From the NCBI GenBank assembly GCA_910592345.1, contig CAJVPI010000355.1:1-33670 (forward strand): a stretch of 33,670 nt of DNA, read 5' to 3'. A program made the position numbers and the translations under genes. Position 1 is the first letter of the stretch; every line of letters begins with the position of its first letter. The stretch is from Paraglomus brasilianum (Eukaryota). The notes under the pieces are model-generated. The model was given only the letters and a program-made list of their open reading frames with translations. It was not told the DNA's origin and did no database searches. Shown one piece after another: positions 10,139-20,999 of the stretch.

Positions 10139-11078
10139 TTAAAGGATGAAAAGCTTTCAAATTGCTCAACCAATACCTCCTCCTAAGCAAAGTAATCCCA
10201 GTCCAGATAAAATGTCCAGGGGATTCTTTCAAGTTCAGAATACTTCTTGTTGATTATCCTCAAAGTGCTTTTCATACTTCTTCCTGGCATGATTTTGTCC
10301 ACCTAACTTTTCCATATAGTATTTAACAATTCCATCTTCAGTAAATTCTTTCCCATCTCCATAAACAGTTTGATCCAACAAGATTAGATTATCTTTACTG
10401 TCTTTAAACTCTTTCATCTCTTTCAGAATTTGTTCTTTTAAAGAACTATCAACTTTTAATTCCTGTAAAACAATAGTTCCCACCACTACTTCAGGATCAA
10501 GGATCTCGTTGGAAAAAGGCTAAATACCAAGGTCAATATTCGTTCTGCTCTCCCCCGAGTATTGGCTCGACATGTCCGTACCATTTTTTACTAAATTCTT
10601 AATATAACCTTTATAATTACTTCTAAGTATAAAGCGATGAAACATTGATGATGTTTGACTACTTAATTTTTTCTCATAAACAGTAATTTCTTCTTTGCAA
10701 ATTCTTTCACTATTTTCTTCTCCCATTACTTCATCATAAACTCCTCAAGTAATGGCATCATTGTTATTATAAACTTGTCAAAAGAATTCCGGAATTGACC
10801 ATTGGCTCAAGTTAAATGTTTACTTCACACAGAAAAGGAGCTTTAAGAATACTTGCACTTCCACCATCTAAAACATAATTTTTTCCTTTAATACTGGCAT
10901 CTGCTCCTCTTCAATACATTGTATAAGAAATATCTAAACCTACACTAGGCTTATTAAATTGTAAACAACTGCTTTTTCCTACCTGCAAAAAAGAACTATT
11001 CTTGTGAATACTGTTTTGGAAAAAGAGCATGCATTATAAAAAGAATATCGCTAAAATGTTAAATCTCTTTTTTAACAT
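10139..11078 (-). pseudogene. Decaying intron-less ORF (~310 codons) readable with UGA=Trp; signal peptide plus C-terminal TM anchor; Mollicutes-like surface protein
   Basis: Starts MLKKRFNILAIFFL and ends ...NQQEVF[W]T[W]KNPLDILSGLGLLCLGGGIG[W]AI[W]KLFIL*. Seven in-frame TGA codons (plus-strand TCA at 10911, 10778, 10745, 10235, 10229, 10166, 10157). Also carries TAA/TAG lesions and a frameshift near 10800. Confidence 0.7.
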
Positions 11079-11088
11079 TTTCCTTACT

Positions 11089-11340
11089 TTATTCAACTGC
11101 CTTATCAATTTTATGAGTAGAACGAGTTTCAACAAACTCAAAACTTCCTCCTGAATCACCAAAATAGCCCATTGAATTCTATTGCCACCACTATTTTTTC
11201 AATCTACAACTCGAGATGTAATAATAATTCTGTTATTATTCTACCTTTATGGTTCGATTTTAATCGTAGAAATGTTGCAAAATCTGTAACATAACGCTTT
11301 ATGTCTGCATAATAATAAGCATAATAACGGAAACTCCTCA
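11089..11340 (-). pseudogene. 3' remnant of the upstream gene of the same putative bacterial operon
   Basis: ...TSRVVD[TGA]KNSGGNRIQW/GYFGDSGGSFEFVETRSTHKIDKAVE* ends at 11089, followed by the 10-nt spacer AGTAAGGAAA and the next ATG. Confidence 0.45.
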
Positions 11341-11496
11341 TATACCATTCACGTGATCAGATAAACCAAATTTGTTTCTTTATGTAAGTTCTATACCCTG
11401 TTAGTACATTTTAACAATACTCGTTTATATTTCTATTTACAAAGTTATTGGCTCTAAATTCTTCGAATAGTGTTCTTATCTTGTCAACACGATTAT

Positions 11497-14400
11497 CTAT
11501 GCAATTCTCTGATAACCCCAAAGAAAGTAATCTATAATAACAGCCGTCACTCGATCTCAAAAAATAAAAGATAGATAGTTGACGCCTGTTTTGTCATCAT
11601 TAAATGTGTTGATTGCTTGCTTTATTCTTACCTTGTCAACAGAAATTGGTGCTTGAACGCGTTTCTCGCTCTAGGCGTTGCGTTTGACACTGACTGATTC
11701 TGGAGCCACATCTCTAATAATTTGACGGTACGCTCATGATTCGCTTTGGAGAGTACTGATCTCCGTTGGAGCTACAAGAACATTAGTCGGCAGACTATTG
11801 GCACTGTCAGATTAAAATAATTCGTTTACCTTCAGCAACACTCTTAGCAGTGCTTGCAATTGCTCCGTGTCAAATGCTCCGTGACAGATGTCTTGAATGA
11901 ATGAAATTAGCAACAAAACATAATCTTCAACAAAGAGCTCTTGCAACCATGATGGGTTAGAGTTGATAAACTGTACACGTAATATGGAGTGATTAGACAT
12001 AAACAAGAGTCAGACAATGCCAAGTTTTAGTTACACACATATTCGACAATATCCAATACTCCTTGTAATAGCTGGGATTTTCGTCTAACGTCTGCTGACT
12101 CATCTGTTCTTTTGAATCCAGCATAGCTGAGTAAGCTTTTCAACATGAACAGATTCCATCGATTGTCTATAAGATATTTGTCTGTAATAACAAATTATAC
12201 ATACAGTCAATAGTAATCAAAAAAATTGTGATCCACAGACATCTCTTTGAAGATATTTCATTCACCACGACTGCTTTCACAACATTTCTGTATGCTTTCG
12301 AAACTCTTGGCTATCAAAGGGAGGATGAACCACGTATGCCAATCGTTAATCTGAAAAACAGCAATTGGTTATTATTATCAAGATCAAATACTAGTGTTAA
12401 ATTTCAAAAAACGTGATTGGTTCCAACATGTTGCGTAAGCTAACCTTTGTAACGACAAATTCTCTTAGTAATCTCCATAATCTCATCAGAAGTACCTTCT
12501 GCTGATCGTCTCTATATCTGGTTTCGATATCGAACCTCGTACTAACAATAAAACACAAATGTACTAGAACAAAGATACGAGGTAGATTTTTAATTACACT
12601 TTACTGACGTAGCGCTGTCACTATCATTATTGTTATCGCCCGCACGGACCTACTATTGCCATGGTGTCACGTTTCGACAATTTCATGAACAAATCAAACT
12701 CGGCTAAGGACGGGAAGATTACTGTATTCTATTTGATACAGAAATTAAATTAATATCGACATTTAAAACTGATATTACCAAAAACAAACATTTACCATGC
12801 GACACCCAACTACGGCATCGACTGGCGTTGCAGTTGACAACAATCCAATAACTGCCAGTAGCAACTCTGTACTCAGGGTGTCTGCATACTCGTCATCCAT
12901 TGTTCGTTGTAATATTCTTTTACGTAGTGACGATAGTATTAAGGGGTGTTGCTGGATCTCGTACAAAACTAAACGTGTATGGAGGGAAACCGGTCATTAC
13001 TGAAAGAGTCCCTTCTAAAGTTCCCACAACATCAGCGTGGGAACTCGAAAAAAAGTTGACCCATACCCTTGTTATCGGGAAATGTCGCGAAGATTGTTAA
13101 GAAATGGAGTATGCCAATAAGAATTTTTGTCTTGTCTATTGTCGTTTGATTAAAGTTTGTCTTGTCCGACTCATCCATACGTTCGAGTAAGCTTTATGTC
13201 AAATTTGGTTAGTTTGGGAAACTCAAATTTAATGTTTGGAATAAAAATTACAAAGACGTACTCCAGTGTGTGATCAATAACTGAGAAGAATGCAGTAGAA
13301 CAAAAAAAATTAGAACATTCGAAAGTAGCAACAGAATATTTTGATGTTACACTCACCATTAGAGGTGTATAAATGGAAGCCAAGAGAATGGCATCCGAAG
13401 TTGCTATAAAGAATAAGTGAAATATTATTGATATTCGGCAACCCTAGATATCAATTGTCTGTTAGAAAATCAAATTCCGGTGTAATTGTTCGCTTTCTTT
13501 AGCAGACAGCTTACATTCACACGGGAGATTTTCTAAAACCCCTGGACTGATTGTTAGACGTATTAGATCATTCCAAAAGTACAGCAAACGAGCCGAGTGT
13601 ACTTCCTCGTCTGCTTTATTTTTACGAAAACTATGAACGAGGCAGATTGTTAAAGAAGAAATGATTTCAAAGAGTCGAACTATTTTTGCGTCTTGTTGAC
13701 CGACGATGGATGAGTTGCTGAAGATGGACTGTGGACAATGCGTTTATAATTGTTAATATGGACTATTGCATATGCATATAAATTTTTCATAGTATTTACC
13801 ATAATGAGTTCTACGACAGACGCATTATTAAAGAGCAGTTTCCCCAACCGAACACAGGTGTTATAGTAACTCGTATTGGTTAACCAATACTCGTTTCCAA
13901 TCAGACAAGTAATTTCAACTAGTTGACTATCCCGAAAATGGAACAAGAGCCACCTGATAGTCTTATTCAAGATTTACTCAATTTGTTAGTATACTAATTA
14001 ATGCGACCGTACTAATTTCACATGTTTAAAAGTTCGTTTACCAAATTAGTCACAAAGTCGTTCAGACTCCAACTGCCTTCGGATGCACGCCATAACCAAG
14101 GTAGAAGCACATGGTCCAAGGAAAAAACCAGTTGTTCAACCTCGGCGGTGCGTTCTTCTGACTGGCAGAATGTGTTTGATAATTCGGCAAGTAATTTGGA
14201 ATACGAGGATGGCCGAAAGTCTAATTCAAATACGAATAATTGGGGGGGGGGAGTCGACAAAATTAATTTGTTATCCTGGTGATGCGGCAAAATATTTATT
14301 TATCGCTTACCGGATTCTTTTTTGGCTTCGGTCTCAATGGTCTACAGTATTGTACCAAATGTTAGTATTATTCCTATATGAAATTGTTAAGATTGTGTAT

Positions 14401-16855
14401 TCTTACTATGAACACATAGACCAAATGTATGACTGAAATGCCTCGCAAATAATCTAGCGCTGCACGATTGCTTATGAATTTCAATATACAATCATATAAA
14501 TCCAATCTCGAAATATCAGTATGCTTGAACCTGCATTTGAAGATTACCAATCATTAGCGACTGTTCGGTTTGCGTTTAGCTCTAATTAGTTTTGCAACTC
14601 ACAGTGTATCATTGCACGACAGCTCAACGAACAACACAGCAAGAGCAGCTTTGTCTGTATGACAGTCAAAATTAATATCGATAGAAATATTACTTCTACT
14701 ATACGATTCGTAGGCGAGTATAGACAATAAACCAACAAGTGTTGCTGTAGTGAAATACAGTTAATATAAAGCGTATGACGTGTGGTTTTCACAAAACTAG
14801 CAACAATCAACCCTTACACGGAAGGTTGGCAAAGGCCAAAGAATCTGGCATCGCATTTTTGTTACAACTGGTAGTAGTATCACTTTCGATAAATCCACCG
14901 AGTATTCGTATAATGACTAGAATAAATTTATCAAGATGGGCATAATAAAGTGTGACATTCGGTATTTCGTTCACCAAGCCATGGTTACCACCTCTTTCAA
15001 TATATTCTTGCAATTGCGTGATGCTTGATCGATGCTGCATTGCAATATGCAGACATCCAGTCGTCACTAAGATATTAATTATACGACATTTGGTATTAAT
15101 ATTAGCCCCAAAAAATTGCTAATATTATTGGGCATAACAAAATTTTCTTATTTACCTAATTTTCTGGCAAACAATACTTTCCAGTCCTGACGGCTGCATT
15201 CGTGCTGATAGTCTGATACCCGACGGAATTCAACGGGTGACAAGTCAATGATATTTCCCAATAATCCAAAGACGTCGGCTATGGTTGAATCTGTTGCATG
15301 TGAAGTCGAGTGATCGCAATGTATCTGCAATGTAATAGACGTTTCATAAGGCAAAGATGAGCACACCATGTTTGCAGAAAAGAGATGATCAAACACAGTA
15401 ACCCGTTCCATACCATTATAATTGGAACCAATACTTCGTCGGATACCCGCACCAATTGCCACGTCATTTTCTCGACTAATTCAGCAACGATCAGGAGATC
15501 TTTCTTTCTAACGTCATTTGTCAATCTCTCCAAATTTTGGACTTTTATTTGACCAATCCTTGGTATAATCTTGACGAGCAGGTGAAATATCACATTGATC
15601 AACTGTATAACTTTAAATTTAGTTCCAACGTTATTATTGGGGAGAGGTATTACAATCATCAAAGTACATTACCATTCTTTGAATATTTTACAATATGTTA
15701 GTTGCTTACGCCATTTTAGCCGCCTCCTTATGTCTGGTTGGTATTCATTATTCGACAAATACTCTTCTCCCTTCCACCATGAAGGTCCTCTATGTACCAC
15801 ATCATTGATTATATCCTCTTGGATAATGCGGAACATTTCGATTATCTCGGATATCTTGTAATCCTTTTCTGGAACACTGGCATCGGAAAAAATCACCAGT
15901 GTGTAATCAAGGATCATTTCAAATAGTTTCAAATAAAGCGAAAATTCTGTTTGAAGATCTTTGTTTGGTTTGGATGAGAATATTGCTTTTTTCGACAAAA
16001 AAAACGAAAGGAAGGGGAAAAGAATGTTTGAATTAGGCAATAGATGCCCATCGGCTACTATTTTTGTTAATTCATTGACCAAATGGTATTTACAATGATG
16101 TATATGGTAATATGAAGCAGTTACCAAGAAGCACATGACATACTTCTTCGAATCTCGAATCTATGCTCTGATCTGCAGATGGACTTCTTGCCAGTTGATC
16201 ACGACATTCGTTCTCCAGTTCGGATAAATGTATTGTCAGTTAATGGGATTGTTCGAATAATAATAATAATACATGCAAAAAAGACAAACTTGATTTGCCC
16301 GCCCTTTAGCATACATACATCATGTAGAGAGACTATCACTTCATCATGACATGGTCCTTGCGAGGAGCTATCTCTGAGGATATCCATCGCTGTCGATAAT
16401 CCAGGAAATTTTCTATTGTTCTCTGAACCCATGTCGTACCTTTGCATGAGAATGAGAAAACCTTATGTCTACATATAGATAAGGGTACAGGCTGCAGTTT
16501 ATCATAATGGCTTGGTTGACAATAATTCTCACGGTTTCTCAACTCGTACTTGGGGTCTTTTTCTTTCCAATGTTGTTTCTTGCCGAGTTTTTGTTTCTCG
16601 AGAAAAGTTTTTGTATGGGCTGTGAAAAGTCTTAAATTCCAAGACGAATAGAATTGATTGGTATTGCACGAGTTGTGTCCATGATATATAATTACGAGTA
16701 TTATATATGTCACGAGACTTGTCCTGTGGCGGAGTGTCGGATAAGTCAGTTGCGGAGGGTGATGATAGAGTGATGATAGAGTGTTTGATGAAAAGATAGA
16801 GCGTATATACTTGGAGTGTATACTTGGAGTGTATACTTGGAATAGGCCAAGACAT
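11497..16855 (-). CDS. Large multi-exon Leu-rich alpha-helical (ARM/HEAT-like) protein of unknown family
   Basis: The junctions I checked splice in phase, e.g. ...NDFVTNL|TIRWLLFHFRDSQ..., ...LENLPCE|WLPNINNIS..., ...FPDNK|VLYEIQQHPL..., and the end ...HQFLLTR|LLSLGYQRIA*. Not every exon was resolved and the start is uncertain. Confidence 0.65.
16806..16841. repeat. 13-bp tandem repeat (~2.8 copies) near the putative start of the large gene
   Basis: (TATACTTGGAGTG)x2 followed by TATACTTGGA. Confidence 0.85.
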
Positions 16856-17425
16856 TGTTACTTGCTGGGTTGTAACTATTTTCCGTAAGCGTATATTTTA
16901 ATTCTTAGAATCATATGTAAAGACGTCTCTGACAACAATGAAAACTGTACAATCACGAGTACACAAGATTATATTAAATTGAATTCTATGCAATATATTA
17001 ATATGTACGCTGCTGTACCACAATGCACATATTGCACAAGTTATTTATACACATTTAGTCTATCATTTACAGGGGGGAAATTTTCCGGTTGTGGATAATA
17101 TTTAGAATAAGCGGAAAACAAAAGATCAACTGATCATCGAGGCTGTGACCCATAAAGGAATCATATATCTCTTCAGGCGTATTCACGCGCTTTGTGCATC
17201 GTTACATAACCGCCCTGCTTTCGCTAATATCACCAACAATTAACGCCTGACAGAATTGTCGTCGCCATTCCCGTGTTACCCTATAATCCATTAAATTCCA
17301 TTATTCTACCGTTCCCCCCAACCCAATTTTTTTCTGTTCTGTCTCTCCTGAGAAAATTTTATCCTCTCTTTCTTATCCGAAAAAAACTCTGGGTTTAGTA
17401 TTAGAGAACTCGTAATAATATCGCA

Positions 17426-18544
17426 ATGGTCGTAATGATTTCAAGAACATTGTCCGAAAAGGAATTACATTCCAAACTAAAACGAATATTCACAAAGATA
17501 GGATGTCTGGACAAGGCACAAGAGGTAAGATAAGAAATAGAAACAACAGAGGAACAAAGAATGAAAGAGAATAATAGAAAAAGAAAATACAATATAATAG
17601 CATAGCTGCATAACTACTACACAGGATATCAAAGAAAAGAACAATGAACAAGAACGTAAATTAATTCTCATGTCACTTATCAATCTTTTCGCTCGCTCTA
17701 TCATCGCACATCCTTTAGGGCATCCGGGATTTATACGACCTTCTCCTAGAACACCCAGAGTGTGACTCAAAAGTAAACGCATTCCTTGAACATACTGGAA
17801 TATTCTTCCGCAGATACATACGCAGTGCATTGGCCGAGATAACGACCATAGAAATGAAAAAGTGTGGCCTACTCCCAAGTACTCCTGCGCCCATCAAAAG
17901 AGAAGTGCGCACAGTACCGTTCGATGATTTATCCAGTCCGGCAGAGAGTCAAAGTGATAGCGACATCACTCTCACGGGAAGTTCCGTTCCATCGACCCCT
18001 GCAACACCCGGTTCACCTGTCATAACTGAATTATCCCATATAGGAGGTTGGTATTTTATATATATACTAGATACCGAAAATTGGATTTTATCGGTTATTA
18101 TCAAATATACTGATGGCTGTGCATCAAACTCGTATGAATAGGATTCAAGGATAAATTCACCAAAGAGACATTTGAACAAACACGTTCTCGGCTACACTCG
18201 ATATTCCAATATGAGAAGTTCAAGGTCAGTAACAAGCAGTATTCTAATTTTGTTCGAAAGCAACATATCTAAATTGGCGCTGCATTCCCACTCTTTTCTT
18301 TTACAATCAATACTAAACATCAATATTTTTTTCTCATCTATTAAAATAGGACGGACAGCGGAGGTCCAGTCTTCCTAACATGTCACAGAACGACGTTGAG
18401 CGTCTTGCATATGTAAAGGACATCATAAATTCATATTCACATATACGACGGTCATCGTGGAATCATACACCCTCTCCACTCATACCGACAGAACGATTCG
18501 GGTCGATACCCAGCAGAAAATTCAAACATATTAATTTGGAATAA
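17426..18544 (+). CDS. Small protein (~230 aa, 4 exons) with an N-terminal XMAP215/ch-TOG C-terminal-like helical domain and an S/P/T-rich tail; no TOG domains
   Basis: Removing intron 17525-17718 gives LHSKLKRIFTKIGCLDKAQE|GIRDLYDLLLEHPECDSKVNAFLEHTGIFFRRYIRSALAEI, matching the ch-TOG/MOR1 C-terminal pattern IFKKIG......GL.ELY.....P..D....L...S..F..YI..GL. Confidence 0.75.
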
Positions 18545-20999
18545 TATTTTATTAAATAACCCGAAAATAATAGAACATTTTTTTTTAAATTATAAAACAA
18601 GATTATATTTCTAACTTAAGCTTCTGACGATTCGGTTTGTCAACTGAAAAGTATCATCATATAATCACCAACACAACGATGACATTAGAGTCGCTTGGGT
18701 TATCTTTCGACATATTCCAATCTTATATACAGACAAACGAACACTCTTTATTTACAAACTTTACACATTCTTTGGGATGGGGTATACTTATGTAGACTCG
18801 TTTTTGACGTTAAGAGAGTTAGAATTGGATTACATTGTCAGATGTAAAGTATTATTTGTATATACATACGTTTTTATATTTCATATTGGATAATTGATCA
18901 CTTGTAACTTATATTAGTCAGTGCGGAACTTAGAAAGAATAAGATATCAATAAACTTGCATTTGTCTCTCAAGGAGAGAGATTTTTCCATACTCGATGAT
19001 TTTCATACTTGCAAGTATTCTTTTTTTTTTACTCTCTTCTCCTGTTTTCATATTCCCTCCAATACCCCGCATCTGCAATATTGTGGAACAGATTGGCTTT
19101 GCATCTGCATGCTCATTCCGCCTATAGCTTGGCGACTTACACTTTGGGACATATATATGTACACCCAAGACTTCAGGAGTAAATCATGATACATTTATTT
19201 TTGGACCACATAAACTATAAAGAAACACATCATTTTCTAAGCGAAGCGATTCTGAAACGAAGGTCGGAGATTTTGGGCCGTGTTTATGGTTACTGGAATT
19301 AGGATAACAAGGGTCTTGATATCGATGCCTTGATTAAGGTTTTGTGTTCTTGATGGTAAGGGACAGACAGACACAAAGACTCCTTCAAATATAAATCTAG
19401 AGACTAAACTTTTATAGAAGAATAAAAAAAATTTTTTTCTTTTTTTTCTTTTTTTCTTTTTCCTCCCTTTTTTTTTTCTCTACCTCGACAACATGAACCA
19501 ATTTGGCTTATCTATTTGTGGGGCAGAATGAGGGTCTATAGTTACGCATTCGAGCACACCCGCAACGCAAGCCGCATCGTATTATTAATATCACAATGAT
19601 TGAAATAACTACACTAGATCTACCTTCGAATATATCCGCAATCAATCTTATAATTACTTTGATGAGAATTAATTTTGCAAAAAAAAAAAAAGGAAAGGAA
19701 AATAGCGCACTACGTATTAGTTAGTTGTATGGATTACTTTCGACGAACCATAATCTGCACGGATCTTTCAGATTCGGACATTTAATGAAAGAAACGATAT
19801 CTTCAATGTAAAAACGAATCATTAAGCTTAGTCCCAAAAGTAATAATGAACAATACACAAACGAACAATTAGCCTAATGTCCATTGTGAAAGTCCAGAGT
19901 AGTTAGAGTGCTTTATAATCAAATAACATACGGGCTTCCTAATATAGTATTGTGGACTGGTTTCGAAACTTGTTGAATCAGAATGTAAATACCCGACGAG
20001 TACTAAATCCAGGATTTCTTGTTATACCATTGAAACTCTAATGCAGCGTGTTACCTAACGCCTCGTTCCATATTATGCCATATTTATCCATATCCTGGCT
20101 CTCAGAGTCACAAAAGGCCAAATTAATTTAATTAATTAAGCTAAATCAGTAATAATTAGATTTGCCAATAAAGGTTGACATATTGTTTATGATAAGCTTT
20201 GAGGCACAGCAATCACAGTCTACCAGCTTACACGTCAATTGTAAACAATTCTTCAAGTAAACATGACGTTTGTGCAAAGTCAATACTAATCAATTTAAAA
20301 GCTTTGCTACCATCCGTGAGTGAGTAATTACATCTGTTGTCGCCGAGTTATCCCTTTCTCTGATCTGATAAAATTATGTTTACCTGATTACAAATCGGTA
20401 ACAATTTTTATTACAAACAAACTTGTCATTTGACTTAAAAGAAAGACTTTGCCAAAGTAGTATTAGTCTAAAAGAAAACAGAAAACCAATAGTGAGTGTC
20501 AGTAATGATAACGTTAGTATTGTGTTGCCGAAAAAGTCTTAAAATATTTGATATTAATATCACTTATCGGTTTCTCAACTTTTAATAGAATTATAATTTT
20601 GGTATATGAGTTTTCATAAAATTTTATATTTAGTTGAGGTGGATGAAAATAAAAAGCATCCCAACTTTGTTAACGGTCGTTCTCCGATTGGGTAAAAATA
20701 TTGAGGATATGCGATTGTGAAAAAGACCTGCGAAATAGTATAATGTGTATGCCTAGTGGGTCAGCGAGGAATATACAAACCAATCAAGTAAATAATAATA
20801 CCACGCTGTTGTGTTGTCAAATGCAAGAATGATATCCGCTCGGCTCTATCTCCCCGACAGTCATTTAACCAGCCAGCGTTATGCGTAATATTTAGTTGAG
20901 CGTTGTCGTTCTGATATACAATCCATTTTTGATCGTGTGCAACGATGTTAGATTGATATTAAAATTAATCAAGCTAATAATAATAATAATATTGACCAA

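Noticed and set aside
8303..11356. TCACGTGA on both sides of the island as an 8-bp target-site duplication
   Set aside because: It is a palindromic E-box common in promoters; the left copy is plausibly an RRP15 promoter element and there are no adjacent TIRs.
13440..13515. In-frame TAA/TAG in the large gene suggesting a pseudogene or stop-codon reassignment
   Set aside because: Resolved by a normal GTAAGC...CTAG intron; host genes use TAA, TAG and TGA as stops.
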